Positions 11,313 to 24,000 of a DNA stretch of 64,000 nucleotides are shown in pieces. How positions within the stretch are numbered: position 1 is the first letter of the stretch; the number at the start of each line of letters is the position of its first letter. The notes beneath the pieces are model-generated. The model saw only the letters and a list, made by a program, of their open reading frames with translations. It ran no database searches and was not told the origin of the DNA. The translations under genes were made by a program, and so were the position numbers. The stretch spans positions 1,178,001-1,242,000 of the forward strand of contig JANHCV010000009.1 in assembly GCA_025594325.1 (NCBI GenBank), read 5' to 3'. The DNA is from Blastocladiella emersonii ATCC 22665 (taxonomy: Eukaryota; Fungi; Blastocladiomycota).

Positions 11313-13955
11313 ATGGATACGCAATTTAACTCGATGCAATATACCCATCAGCCGTACGGCTATCCGCCGAACGGTCCGCCGTGGCCCGGCTACCAGGCGC
11401 AATCGACGTGGTCGACAGGCGGTCCTGGGCAGGCTGGTGCCACTCAGCCCGCGGCTCCGGCGACCAGCTCTTATTCAATGCTGGACCTCTTGAACTTTGC
11501 GCAACAGCGTCTCGTCGTGCCCATTCTCAGTCCATCGGCCGGCGTGGATCCCGCTCTTTGGCTCCGCATTCTTGAAACCGACCTCTCTGCAGTCGGTGTT
11601 CCGCTTCATCTGTGGCATCTCGCGGCTCTACATCACGTCGATTCATCTATTGCGCGCACTTTACGTATTTGCGCCCAGGAGCGCTTCGACACGGCTGGAT
11701 CCCTGGGTGACGTGTGGACGATTGGGCTTTGTCCGGTCGTACTCGAGCTGCGCCCAGCGCCAGCACCGGCGCCACCGCCGCCCTTTGGATCGAATTCTGA
11801 TCACGCTCCTGCTCGCTCCAGTACGTGGCAGCCCGCGAGTCCGTGGGCGCCCACCTTGCCCGACTTTTTGACCGGCTCATTTGGAACGTGGCCATTTTTC
11901 CAGCCGCAGCAGCATCAACCGCAGCCACCTGCATCTCCGATGCTGGATAGCTTACCGTGTAACGAAACGAAACCGTTTGCCAGTCTTGATACCGAATTTG
12001 CAGACGACACCTCGCGATTCACTCAACAATCGGAGAGCATCAAGTCTGGGAGCCACCATTCGACTGCTTTCGATCTCGAGGCTGTCGCGGTCGAGTCCTC
12101 TACCGAGGTGACAGCTTGTCTTCCCGACAATGAACCATCAAGTCCAGCATCGTTTGAACCGCAGACCGAGTATGCTAGTGGTGTGACTCTGGAGCCCCGG
12201 ATTGCAGACGAGGACACGGCACAAATTGCGGACAGCAATTTCCTGCCAGCTTCGGAACCCCTTGAACTTGCTGTTGCTCCGCTTTCAGTTGTTGCCAGCT
12301 CGGAAACCGTCGTCGACGAAACGCCGGTATCAACCATCGATTCGGACTTAATCTCAGCTGCGGAGCCACTTCTTCATGGAGCTGGGGAGTCCCGTGAAGC
12401 TCATCACCCACCATCGCCACACTCCAATGCACCCCGGGACTCGCATCCCTACAAGCCGAGCCTGATGGCAATCTCCACTCCGCCGCCGACGCCATCAACT
12501 GTGGCTGCACCGTCGAGAGATCCCCGTTTTCCATGGTACACTCCGCTGCCGCTTGAGCCCCAAGTCTCACCCGCTGCTGGTGATTCCGAGGCCCTGCACC
12601 ATGATCTTCTGCTCGACCTTGAACATGGCCTTCCGTCGCTTCATCGGATCCCACTGCCCCTTGGAATGACTGCCGCGCGCCCACGCTTTGTTCCCGAAGA
12701 TCGGAAATCGATTGCCGCACTCGTGGACCCTGTCAAGGTCCGCGTCGACGTGATCTGGTCCGACCTTATTTCCGCACACTACGACGGCCGCGGTGTATGG
12801 GACTTTGACTCGGCCAAGCTCCCTTGTCACTCGAGACTTTGGGTCAGCACTAAGATAACGTGGGAGACTGCACTGCGAATTCTCATGAGCATGCCGCTTG
12901 CCCAACGGTTCCTCCAAGGTCAGCCAAACGGAGCGTTGACTTACTTTTGGCGTGTGTCCGGCAGCGGCGCTGGTGTGGATTTGCGCGCAACGCCTGACGG
13001 ACTCGTCCTTGATGACTCCATCACAATTGCGCAGCTTCTCGAACTCGACGCGCGCTTGGCTGGAACAAACCAGAAGAAGAAATCGCGGCCCAAGAAAGTG
13101 TCCCTGCCGATTCCCGACCCGGCGAATCTTCCCGTACTTCGCTTTGTTGCATTCACCGACGCTTGCAAATTCGATGGAACGCGCTTGGTTCCCTTGACTG
13201 GCGGCGGCAGGCCATTGGGCGAATCGGCTTTGGCACGACTTCTCACCATCAGCCACACCCTGCTGTTCGTCAAGGTGTACGTGGGTCTCACCGGTTTGCA
13301 CCTCATCCGCGCAGGCTGGGTCGTGCCGACTGCCACGGTTAGCGATTTAGCGGGCGCGGCGCTCCAGTTTGCCGAGTTCCCGCACGCGGCCAAAATCTTT
13401 GCTCGACCCGCGGCGATTTACGAGGAGCGGCCAGGCAACGCACCGCCTCGCAAGCTTAATGCGAGATCGACGTGGCGCGCTCTTGGCGTTCCGTTCGGCG
13501 CCGTCATCGTCTTCGAGTACGAGTTCGACCCCATCTTCACGATGCTGATCGGCGGGTCGCGAAGGGTGTTTCGCAACCCTGGAGATTGTATCTTGCCGTA
13601 CCGACAGAAGCAGCTCCAGTTGGAGCATACTCTCATGTGCGACCTGGCAGACAAATGTGCCAACCGCGATGACGTGGCAAGTGCCTTGTTGCCCGCCTTC
13701 TTTTGCTTCGTGGTTACGGCCGCCCTGGAACCGATCGTTGCGGCCTCGAGGCATATTGAAATGCGCCTCTACTACCACAAGGTCCTTCGTGGGTGTCTCG
13801 CTCCGTATACGTATCTGGAGTGGGTCGCCCAGCGCGCTTCGGGGACATGGAATTGTGATTTTGACTGGCTGTGCGATCCCGATGCGCCCGAGTTCACCAA
13901 GGAGGGACTGGACCAGGTGGATCCCCGAGTGGTTGCGGGCGAGAGTGAGGAGTAG
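11313..13955 (+). CDS. Family A paralog 5 (880 aa, intact ORF)
   Basis: Single ORF with all family blocks: LDLLNFAQQRLVVP, DPALWLRILETDL, WDFDS, LLFVKVY, IYEERPG, WLCDPDAPEF. Confidence 0.85.
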   Translation: MDTQFNSMQYTHQPYGYPPNGPPWPGYQAQSTWSTGGPGQAGATQPAAPATSSYSMLDLLNFAQQRLVVPILSPSAGVDPALWLRILETDLSAVGVPLHLWHLAALHHVDSSIARTLRICAQERFDTAGSLGDVWTIGLCPVVLELRPAPAPAPPPPFGSNSDHAPARSSTWQPASPWAPTLPDFLTGSFGTWPFFQPQQHQPQPPASPMLDSLPCNETKPFASLDTEFADDTSRFTQQSESIKSGSHHSTAFDLEAVAVESSTEVTACLPDNEPSSPASFEPQTEYASGVTLEPRIADEDTAQIADSNFLPASEPLELAVAPLSVVASSETVVDETPVSTIDSDLISAAEPLLHGAGESREAHHPPSPHSNAPRDSHPYKPSLMAISTPPPTPSTVAAPSRDPRFPWYTPLPLEPQVSPAAGDSEALHHDLLLDLEHGLPSLHRIPLPLGMTAARPRFVPEDRKSIAALVDPVKVRVDVIWSDLISAHYDGRGVWDFDSAKLPCHSRLWVSTKITWETALRILMSMPLAQRFLQGQPNGALTYFWRVSGSGAGVDLRATPDGLVLDDSITIAQLLELDARLAGTNQKKKSRPKKVSLPIPDPANLPVLRFVAFTDACKFDGTRLVPLTGGGRPLGESALARLLTISHTLLFVKVYVGLTGLHLIRAGWVVPTATVSDLAGAALQFAEFPHAAKIFARPAAIYEERPGNAPPRKLNARSTWRALGVPFGAVIVFEYEFDPIFTMLIGGSRRVFRNPGDCILPYRQKQLQLEHTLMCDLADKCANRDDVASALLPAFFCFVVTAALEPIVAASRHIEMRLYYHKVLRGCLAPYTYLEWVAQRASGTWNCDFDWLCDPDAPEFTKEGLDQVDPRVVAGESEE

Positions 13956-14132
13956 GGATTCGACGATATATCTTGGTTTCCCAGATCGGGCACCATTCGT
14001 GAGCGGAGCGGCCGTGAGGAGAGTTTCGCGATGTTCACAGCCGCGTGATCCCACTCGACGGCTGTTGTTTCAGGCCCGCTCACGGCGCCACATTGCCACT
14101 CCCTTGCCACCATCTAAACTCATGTAAAACGA

Positions 14133-16865
14133 ATGGAAACGCACCGCAACTTGATGCAACACGCTCAGCAGTTTTATGGTTACCCGCCAGGCGGACCGCC
14201 AGGCGGACCGCCGTGGCCTGGTTCCCAAACCCAAGCAGCGTGGTCAGCCAACGGTCTTCCTCAGGCCGATAGTGCTCCGCCCGCTGTGCCCGCAACCGCC
14301 ACCTCGTCGAGCGTAGACATCTTGCGTTTTGCTCAGCAACAACTTGTTGTCCCTCCTCTCCCCGCGTCGGGTGGTGTTGACCCCGCTCTGTGGCTCCGCA
14401 TCCTCGAAACCGATTTTTCCGCACTCGGCATTCCGCTTCACCAGTGGCATCTCGCAGCACTCGGCCATGCCGACACCGACCTCGCTCGCGTCTTGCGGAT
14501 TCGCGCGCAGGAGCTTTTCGACGCAGCCGGGCTCGCTGGCGACGTGTGGACCATCGGATATCGCCCCGCTGTTTTGGAGCTTTGCTTGGCGGCACCGGCT
14601 TCTTTCGAAACCTTTCCAATTTTCGGACCTGCTTGTGGAACCGGCCGGCAGCAGTCGAGCGCGTTGGCGTCGGAGTTACCCGATTTCTCTACCGGCTCGC
14701 TTGGAACCTGGCCGGCTTTCCAGCAGTCGCAGCAGCACTCTCAACAGCCTTCTGTTGTCACCGAAGCGATTTCCCCGTTGCAGGCCCCCGTATTTCCGGA
14801 ACTTGATAGCCCAACCGCATGCCTACCTCCCAATCCGATCTACGCGCGCGAGCGTGTCGAGTCTCTGGCTGTTTCGGACACCGACGCTGCGGACGAGGTC
14901 TCTCATATCGAATCTGATCATGACCAGGTGTCCGATTCTGCCCTCGTCGCAACCATGGACGAACATCGGACCGACGTGGACGTTTGCTCGCCCGCCGACC
15001 TTTCGTCAAGCCCGGCATTGACTGCGGTTTGTGCGGAGAGTCCAAGTGGTGCGACGACGGAATCTGGACTTTCAGACAAAGACTCGACGTGCGACGATCG
15101 GACGCCCGACTTGGACCCGACTGAGCATCTCTCCCTTGATTCACAGGACCTTGACGTCGAAGCTGTTGTCGTCAAGGAGGCGGTAGAGTCACAACTTGAG
15201 TCGGACTTCGCTCGAGTCGCGACACCGGATCCCAACGACGACGGCAAGACTCATGTCATCGAGCCTAATGCCGATATACGCCCGACTTCGCCTTTGCCAG
15301 CTTCGACCCAGGACGTTGTTCAACGTGAATCGGCACCGATTACCTCCTCGCGTCCGCCGCCGCCTCCCTCAATCATTGCGGTGCTTTCCGACGGCTTGCT
15401 CTCGGCCTCATCGCCACCGCTGCCGCTCACGTCTACTTCCGATATCGGCGGTTCCGACTCCACGCAGCTTCAGCATTCTGACCTACAACACAATCTGCTT
15501 CTCGAGCTGGAAAATGGCCTTCCGGCGTTCCACCGGATCCCAATGCCGTTCGGAACGACAGCGACGCGAACACGGTTTGTTCCTGAGCTTGATGCGGCCC
15601 CAAGCGAGTCCGACCTCGCTTCCATGGTCCGGATCGATTTCGTGTGGGCCGATCTCATTTCAGCTCACTATGCTGGTCCTGGCTTGTGGGACTTTGACTC
15701 GGCAAGGCTTCCATGCCACACACGCCTGTGGGTCAGCGCTAACGAGACGTGGATTTCTGCTTGGGCCAAGTTTATGGAAACCCCGCTTACCAGGCAGGTA
15801 CTCCAGGACCGGTCCGTTCGGACAACACCCTACTTCTGGCGGATGTCCAGCGGCACCGCGGGTGTGGACCTGCGGCCGATGCCGGAAGGAATCGTTTTCA
15901 ATTGCGACGTCACAATCGCGCAGCTTCTCGAGGCTGACGACCCGAAAGTGGCTTCTGCTGGACCGAAACAGAAGAAAAAGTCGAAGCACAGACGTGCTCC
16001 GAACCGTTCCTTCGCGCTCTTGCCACCTGAATCCACCAACAAACCCGCCGAGCGTGTGCTTCGCTTCATTGCGTTCTCGGCGGCCCTGAAATTTGACGAC
16101 ACGTACCCAAAGCTGCTCAGCAACAGTGAGAAGAGCGACAAGAGCTTGATCCGGCTCCTCGCCGTCCACCACATCCTTCTTTTCATCAAGGTGTACGCGG
16201 GTCTCGCTGGCATGTACTTTGTCTGCGCTGGCTGGGTCGCGCCGACGGACACAGTGGGCGACATTGTTGCTGCCGCGCTTCGGTTCGCCGAAGTCCCGCA
16301 GACCGCGAAGCTCTTCGCGCGACCCTCGGCCATCTACGAGGAGCGGCCGGGCGGCGCGCCGCCGCGCAAGCTCAACGCGAGGCTTTCGTGGCGCGCACAT
16401 GGCGTGTCCTTTGGTACCGTGATCGTTCTCGAGTACGCCAACATCGAACATACCGTTCCCCTCACAATCTTGCAGGCACACGCCCAGCCTGGCGGTCCGG
16501 GGCATTCCATTTTCCTGCCGCGGACGGGCAAGCAGCTTGACCTCCTCTTCCCGCTCATGTGCGAACTGGCCGTCTATTCCGCCGACCCTGTACGCGTGGA
16601 ACGCACGATCTTCCCCGCGTTTTTCTGCTTCTTGATCGCGGGTCTCCTGGAACCGGTCGTTGCCAAGTCGAGGCAGGTCGACCTTCGCCACCAGTACCGC
16701 GTGGTCGTTCGCGGCGGTCTCGCTTCGCCCACGTTCCCGGAGTGGGTCAATCGACGCGCCGCGGGGAAATGGAACCGCGAATTCGAGTGGCTGTGCGATC
16801 CGGAGGCACCCGAGTTCACCAAGGAGGGGTTGGACGCGGTCGATCCGCGCGAGGCCACGCGGTAG
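14133..16865 (+). CDS. Family A paralog 6 (910 aa, intact ORF)
   Basis: Single ORF with all family blocks. Confidence 0.85.
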   Translation: METHRNLMQHAQQFYGYPPGGPPGGPPWPGSQTQAAWSANGLPQADSAPPAVPATATSSSVDILRFAQQQLVVPPLPASGGVDPALWLRILETDFSALGIPLHQWHLAALGHADTDLARVLRIRAQELFDAAGLAGDVWTIGYRPAVLELCLAAPASFETFPIFGPACGTGRQQSSALASELPDFSTGSLGTWPAFQQSQQHSQQPSVVTEAISPLQAPVFPELDSPTACLPPNPIYARERVESLAVSDTDAADEVSHIESDHDQVSDSALVATMDEHRTDVDVCSPADLSSSPALTAVCAESPSGATTESGLSDKDSTCDDRTPDLDPTEHLSLDSQDLDVEAVVVKEAVESQLESDFARVATPDPNDDGKTHVIEPNADIRPTSPLPASTQDVVQRESAPITSSRPPPPPSIIAVLSDGLLSASSPPLPLTSTSDIGGSDSTQLQHSDLQHNLLLELENGLPAFHRIPMPFGTTATRTRFVPELDAAPSESDLASMVRIDFVWADLISAHYAGPGLWDFDSARLPCHTRLWVSANETWISAWAKFMETPLTRQVLQDRSVRTTPYFWRMSSGTAGVDLRPMPEGIVFNCDVTIAQLLEADDPKVASAGPKQKKKSKHRRAPNRSFALLPPESTNKPAERVLRFIAFSAALKFDDTYPKLLSNSEKSDKSLIRLLAVHHILLFIKVYAGLAGMYFVCAGWVAPTDTVGDIVAAALRFAEVPQTAKLFARPSAIYEERPGGAPPRKLNARLSWRAHGVSFGTVIVLEYANIEHTVPLTILQAHAQPGGPGHSIFLPRTGKQLDLLFPLMCELAVYSADPVRVERTIFPAFFCFLIAGLLEPVVAKSRQVDLRHQYRVVVRGGLASPTFPEWVNRRAAGKWNREFEWLCDPEAPEFTKEGLDAVDPREATR

Positions 16866-17473
16866 CGAGCGGCGGAGTGTAGAAATAGTAGTAATTTAGT
16901 TTTCCTTTTTACCATTCAACTCGTCGCCGATGCATCTTACGGCGGTTGACCGCGCTGAGCGAGTGAAGTCGGCCGCCCGAATGAGTGGTGACCGTGGCAA
17001 CCAGCCGAAGTCTAGCCATGGCCACGAACAGCAGCTACCGCGATAGATCATCCATCCCTGAAACTACTTGACCGACTAACTTCGAGATTGCTACCATCCT
17101 CTTTCGAGTCAAAGGGTCGGACGAGGCGCTGTTGCCGCGCACAACGAGCTTGCCGCTCGCAGCGTGCGCACGCGGTTGTGATCGACGCAGCATGAGATGC
17201 GTCCGTGATCAACCAGAGCGGATTGCCTGCATTCGACTGGAAGCACCACTGCTCGAAGTCGTGGCCCGGAACGACCTTCGTCGCGTCAGCTGAGCCGAGC
17301 AAGTCGGCACCCGTAGCTTACGGTGAAGCAAGGGCAGCTGATTGAAGGGGTACACACGGAACGCAATATATGCTCTCGAACAATTCACACAGCGCAAGCG
17401 CCAGCATCAGCAATCAAGCACAGGACCGCAATGCGGCCCGCAACGTTTATCGCAGGCACGTCGATTGCGAGGA

Positions 17474-18807
17474 TCACTGCGAAGGACCAGGCGCCGACGC
17501 GCGGATCGCGTCTCCGCCGTCGGGGACTGTGGTGAGTGGCGGCGATGCAAGGCCTCCGTCGCTCGCGTCAGTCGTTGAGCGAATTGTCAAGGTGGACTGC
17601 GGCCGCCGAAAATCCGACGGCGGACGGAGGTACGGGTGGTACGCTCGCAGATGAAGGTGATGATGACCAGAGCTGTACTGCAACGCGGTGGCAGGAATCG
17701 CGGCTGTCGTTGCTGGATGGCCAAGCGGCTGCGGGAGCGAGGGCGTTGGCTGTACGTTGCCTTGGGCCGCAGGCGGTGCCGGAAACGAGCCGCCGGGCAT
17801 TGAGTGCTGGAAGCGGAAGTACTGCTGCGGCTGGTATACGAGCTGTGGCGACAGAACGAAGCTCTGAGAATACGCGAAGTACGGCGGCTGAGTTTGCGAG
17901 TGTGGGTGAAGGTACTCGCCGGACGGTTGGTAAAACTGACCGGTGTAGCTTGCTGAAGCTTCAAGCGAGCTCGTAGCCGTGCTGCGCGAGGCATCAAGCG
18001 CCGTGTCACCCGCGTCCAGGTCGCGCGGTTCACCCCCGTGCAGCTCGCAGATGTGCCGCATCAAGTTCCAGTAACGCACGTAAGCCTTGCCGCATCCGAT
18101 GTGCGGGCACGCGTGCAGCCGCGCGACTGGGTCTTTCGGCTTACGTTGCGGCCGTACGACCGGGTCCCTCGATCGCGGCGGGGTTGGACTGTATTCGTCG
18201 CCATCGTCATCCGAGTCGGCGTCCGACCGCGTGACGGGGTCTCTCGACTTACGATTCGGTGGCGGGTCCGGCTCGTACTCGTCGTCGTCGTCCGAGTCGA
18301 CGTGCGACCGCGAGCGTTTGAGAGCGCGCGAGTGAAGGAAGGCTCGAAGCAGGACATCTGGCGAAGAAGGACACGACGAAAGAGACGACAAGGACGACGT
18401 GGAATCGAAGAAATCGTCGGCGATGGGATCGGCGGCGGGCGCAACAGATGCGCGTTCAAGTAAAGCGGTCGGACGAGAAGCAGTAGAGAATCGCGCTGCC
18501 AGATGTCGAGGCATGCGCGGTGTCGGAAGGGGAGGCATGACGCTACACGTGCGAGAATCGGTTGTAAAACTTTTATTGACGGAGAAGTTTCGAGACCGTA
18601 CGTGAGCGGACCGTACAACCACGTCCAGACCCGAGATGCGAGCAGCTTCACGTAGGGAGGGTACTTTGACGACGGGGAGCAGCGCCGTTGGAGGGCGTCT
18701 CTCACGAGGCCAGCGATGAAGTCCTTGGAGCAGACGTGGCACGGCTTCTTGGTATCGGTGCAGTAGACATACATGTCGTGCTCGGGTGGCTCGTTCGTGG
18801 TGGACAT
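17474..18807 (-). CDS. C2H2 zinc-finger protein (~424 aa), predicted intron 18543-18601
   Basis: HACPHIGCGKAYVRYWNLMRHICELH is a C2H2 finger. A 59-nt GTACGG...TGTAG intron joins exon MSTTNEPPEH... (ATG 18807) in frame to ORF 17474-18826. Confidence 0.55.
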
Positions 18808-19701
18808 CGAGTGGTGGGAGAGCCAACTGCGAAGCGCGCCGATCCAGTACATTGGCCTCGCAGTCGGCACATCGCTACGTAACAGTCACGGTGACTATTA
18901 GCACACGTTTATTCATCACTCTGGAAGAGTCGCGGCGGTCCTCGTCCGTACAGATTCACGCGATGGATTAGGGCGCGGTCGCTCGCGAGGCCAAGCCGGA
19001 CGCCATCGACCTCCTCGCCTCGGTCAGCAAACGTCGCATGGGGTAGGCGTGGCCTCTCGTCCATCGTTTCAGCAAGTTGCGGGGTATGTTCATGTGCATC
19101 CATTGTTCGGCGCGGTCGGTGGCGAGAGAGCGCTCGTGCACGGTTGATTGACGCGTCTCGACATCCGCAGGCATCACGTGCGGGTGTCTCGCGCGCTTGC
19201 AGACGCGCGCCGTGCCCTTGAAAAACGGTGGCGCGCGCTGGATGTCAGCCCCGCACTGAGTCGAGTGAGCTAGAACACGTAGGACCCCGGACCCACAAAG
19301 TCCCGCCGCCTGCGATGAACGGAGCGCTTAGCTTTTGTCTCGGGCCTCCAGTTTTGCCTCCCTTGATGACTGATGCTCTCTTCGTGCATCATTTCTACGG
19401 ATGTTTTGTTCGAAGGTCGGAGGGCCAGGAAAAATGGTCGGACGCGACACCGACTCGAGCTTGGCGACGGCGTCGCTGGCGGTCGAGTCCGAGGTTCGTC
19501 CTCCCGACGAGCTTCGGTTCTGCATGAATACAGATCATGAGTCAGGAAACGAGCGGCAGGGGCATGCGCTGGAAAGGCGCGTTGTTCACTCGCACGTGCC
19601 CCCGACGCCCGGCCAAGTTTCGAGTTCGGTGGCGTCGCGGCTTACGGCCCGTCGGTGTGCTCCAAGCTCCCGTCCCGACCTCACCGCTGCATGTAAACCC
19701 A

Positions 19702-20850
19702 ATGGAAAACGCATGGAACTCGACGCAATACGTGCACCCGTATCAGGCCTACCCGTCAGACCTAGCGCCGGAGTGGCCCGGCTTCCTGCCGCCACCGGCC
19801 GACGGAGCCGCCTCGGCCGCTTACCCGTACGCTTACCACCAAGCTTACCCACATCAGCAGACGGCTGCACCCGCTCTCGATGCTTCTCAGATCTCCGCTT
19901 CGGATCTCGACTTGCTTCTTGTTGCGCAGCAGCGCCTGGTTGTCCCGACCTTGACCGCGCTTGGCGATCTGGACCCCGCGTCGTGGCTGCGCGTCGTCGA
20001 GACGGACCTTGCTGCTCTCGGCCTACCGAGTCGGCTCTGGCAACTCGCCGTGTCCTGCTATACTGACAACGAACTTGCACGGACGCTTCGGGTTCAAGCG
20101 CAATAGTGCTTTGACGCGGAGGGAGCAGCGGGCGACATGTGGTTCCCAAGCATCCAACCGGCCGTCCTCGCGCTGCGTCAGTACGCGGCGCCGCATCACG
20201 TTTTATCGAACGCTACACCGGTCGGTGCGGGACTGTTCGCCAGCTCACTTCGAACGGGCACTCGATTTGGCAGCAGTAGCATCCGTCACCGGGGCTCGGG
20301 ACTTGGGCGCTTTCTGAAGCTGACGCGACTTGGGAAACGTCCACGCTTGCGGCTGCACAGTCTCAGACCGACCTTTTGGGCGAGTCGGTTGCTCGCCACC
20401 ACGCTTTGCCAGTCGACCCGCTTCCGCGTCCGTCCGCCAGCTCCGAGCCTGACGGGTAGCGCGTCGATCCATCTGCGGTCCCCGAAACGCTTCACGGACT
20501 TGACGACGACCTTGGCGACGGCTACCAACTTCCAGCCGTCTCGCCCACTTGCTTCACGGAAACCGAAACCGAAACCGAGCCGATCGCCGACCACGCTTCC
20601 GCGACGACGAGCAGTGCCGACGGGCACGGACACGCGCTGATTTCGGCGCAAACGGCGGCTCCCCTCGAAGACTCTGGCGATGACGATGTCCGCTGCTCGT
20701 GCGCTTCTTCTGCACCGACTTCGTCGTCGCCCAGCCCCGCGAGTATCGCGTCCGAGGACCAAATGGCCTCTCCGCCGCCTCCCACGGATCGCTTAGAGTA
20801 CTTTGCGACCCTTGCCAACAATTATTCGGGCGCGTAGGCGCCGGCCTGTC
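19702..20850 (+). pseudogene. Family A paralog 7, truncated (N-terminal block and part of linker only)
   Basis: MENAWNSTQY...LDLLLVAQQRLVVPTLTALGDLDPASWLRVVETDL. TAG at 20104-20106 where paralogs read AQERFDA; later frame break; no C-terminal block. The 3' end is approximate. Confidence 0.7.
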
Positions 20851-21087
20851 CCGCCTCAGCAGCGGCCGCGCCGCCGCCGCCGGCTTCTCCGCGCCCGTCG
20901 AGCGGCAGACGCGAGCTCGCTTGTTTGGCTCAAGGCGGCGGCGCAGTCGCGCTGGGCAGCTCGCGGGACCACGTTTCATGAAGCAGAGACAGGAGGATGA
21001 GGAACACACGCTAATCAATAGATGCACTCGTCGTACTCGTACTCGGTCTCGCCCGTTTTCCTTCCTTCACACACACACGACACTCGA

Positions 21088-24000
21088 TCATGGGACCGCG
21101 ACCCGGCCGGCGGCGTGCATCTCGGGCACGTCGAAGAGGAGCGGCGGGCGGGTGGCGGGCTTGGACTCGGCCTTCTGGACGAGCTTGAAGATGCCGGACC
21201 CGATGGGCATGGGGATGCCCATGATGATGCACTCCGAGACGCCCTCGACGGGGTCGCGCTTCGAGTACAGGGACGCGTCGAAGAGGTGGTCCGTGGTCTT
21301 CTCGAACGAGGCCAGCATGAGCACCGAGTCCTTCATCTTGGACACGCCGAACCGCGTGATGCCGAGCACCTCGCCCTTGAACGTCATCACGTCCGCGAGG
21401 AGCATGACGTGGCGCGGGTCGATCGTCATACCATGCTTGCCCATGGTATACTGGATCTCGTGAATAATCGTGTTGCGCGCCGCCTCGATGCCGAGCACCT
21501 TCTCGACCTCGGCCACGTGGTTGGACGTGGTCTCGGTGCCGATGACGCCGTCCGTGTTCATGACCTGCTGCAGGCCGTACCCCTCGACGAGCAGGTCGTA
21601 CGTGTTGCCGGGCGCGTTGGAGATGACGGCGCGGTTGATGGCCGCGTACCCGTTGATGAGCACCGTGGGCAGGAGCCGCTTGAGCATGTGCAGCTCCGAC
21701 AGGTCCGACGAGTGGACCCGCAGCTGGTTGGGCGGCTGCGGCGCGAGGTGCTGCATCGTGAGCTTGGGCGTCTTGGCCGCGAGCAGCGCGTTGCAGATCG
21801 AGTACAGGTTGATCTCGAGCGCGAGCTTGGAGATCACGGCCAGGTCGAGGTCGATGAGCAGGTACGACCCGTTGGGCGCGTGCACCACGTCGATGTAGTG
21901 CGTCACGTCGCCGAGCAGCGTCTTCTCGATGCGGCCCTTGACAAGGCGCGCCGCCGCCGACTGCGTCTTGCTCTCGAGCTTGGCCGTGATGATGGGCGTC
22001 GAGATGACCTTGGCCGCGTTGATGATCTCCTTGATGCGCGGCACACCGAGCGTCACGTTCATGGACGCGACACCCGCGAAATGGAACGTCTTGAGCGTCA
22101 TCTGGGTGCCGGGCTCGCCGATCGACTGCGCGCCGACGGCACCGACGGCCGTACCGGGCTCGATGAGCGCCTTGCGGTACTTGCGCTGCGACAGCGCCAG
22201 GAAGAACTCGAGCTGCTCGCGCGTGAGGTGGAACAGGTTGTCGGCGTGGCCGGGCGCGTCGGCGCGATCGAGCAGCTCGCGCAGCGGCGCCACGACCTTG
22301 GCGTCGACGAAGGCGCGGAGCGACGTGACGAACATGTCCGAGCACGTGGTCCACGTCTCGGTGGCCTCGAAGACGCGCGTGGCGATCTCGTCGGGGGACA
22401 GGGCGGTACCCTGGTCGCCGTCGAACGCCGCGGGGGTGCGGGCCACGTTGATGGCGTGGCGCAGGTTGCGGGCAAACTCGACGGGCTGGTTGTCGCCCTC
22501 GATGTTGGCGGGGTCGAGCCCGTCGTCGCCGTACACGAACTGCACCACGCCGCCCGACGAGTTGCGCACCGTCTTGTCGTAGTGCGCCGTCAGGTCCTCG
22601 AGCGCCTTCATGAGCCGCCGCTGCATGTACCCGGTCTCGGCCGTCTTGACGGCGGTATCGACGAGGCCCTCGCGGCCCGACACGGCGTGAAAGAAGAACT
22701 CGGTCGGCGTGAGCCCCGTGTAGAACGAGTTGCGGACGAACCCCTTGGCCGCGGGCACCTTGGACCGCTTGGCGAAGTGCGGCAGCGACCGCTCGTCGAA
22801 CCCGTCGGGGATGCGCGACCCGCTGATGATCTGCTGGCCGACGCACGCGACCATCTGGCACACGTTGATCTTGGAGCCCTTGGACCCGCACACCGACATG
22901 ATGAGCGGCGCGTTGTACTTGTTGAGCTCCGTCATGCACAGCTGGCCGGCCTTGTCGCGGATCCCGGACAGCACGCCCGAGATTTTCGACTCGAGCGTCT
23001 GCTCGGCGTTGCACCCGGGCTCGTTCGGGAGGTCACCGGCCTTGGACTTGCCAATGAAATTGTCGCACTCGGTGTAGCCGTCGTGGACGAGTTTGTCCTT
23101 GAGCTCCGTGAGCCGCTCGCCGGGCTGCACGTCCTGGATGCCGATCGAGAACCCCTGGTTGCCGAGCCAGCGCGCGCACAGGCGGGCGAGCCGGTTCATG
23201 CACTCGGCGGCGCGGACCGGCCCGTAGTCGCGCAGCACCACGTAGAAGACCGAGTCCTTGTTGCCGTCGCCGACCACCGACTTGTCCCACACGCCGCACA
23301 TCACCTCCGAGTTCATGATGACGAGCCACCCGTCGTGCGCGCACAGGTCGGGCGTCTGGCCGTCCTTCTTGACGAACGACCGCGTCTTGGCCTCGAGGTT
23401 GACCATGATCTCGCACTTCTTGTTGGGCTTGAGCAGGCACGACAGCACCTGCTTGCCGGTCCACAGCGCCTGCGGCTTGAGGATCGCGGGCGGCGGCAGG
23501 TCGAACTTGAGGTTGCCCATGAACACGAGCATCTGCGTGAACTGGTGCCGGTCGAAGAAGGCGTCCTTGCGCGACAGCAGGTACGACGCCGTGATGAAGT
23601 CCTGCGTCGCGGCGATGATGGGCTCACCGTTGCGCGGCGTCACCAGGTTGTTCTTGACGCCCATGAGCTCCATGGCCTCGGACCGCGCCTCGTCCGTCTG
23701 CGGGAGGTGCAGGTTCATCTCGTCGCCGTCGAAATCGGCGTTGTAGGGGGTGCACACGCACTCGTTGAACCGGAACGTGCGCCACGGCCGGATTTTCGCG
23801 AAGTGCGACATGATCGACAGCTTGTGCAGCGACGGCTGCCGGTTGAACAGCACCACGTCGTCGTCCTGCATGTGGCGCTCGACCACGTCGCCGACGCGCA
23901 GGTTGCGCGCGACCGCGTGCCGGTTGCCGAACTTGAGGAACTTTTTCATCTGCGACGAGCCCTCGACCACGTAGTTGGCGCCCGGGTGCACGTCGGGCCC

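Noticed and set aside
16900-17400. Short ORFs 17048-17302, 18968-19177 and 25891-26799 as genes
   Set aside because: They may be degraded gene fragments, but I recognise no motif or paralog; left unannotated.
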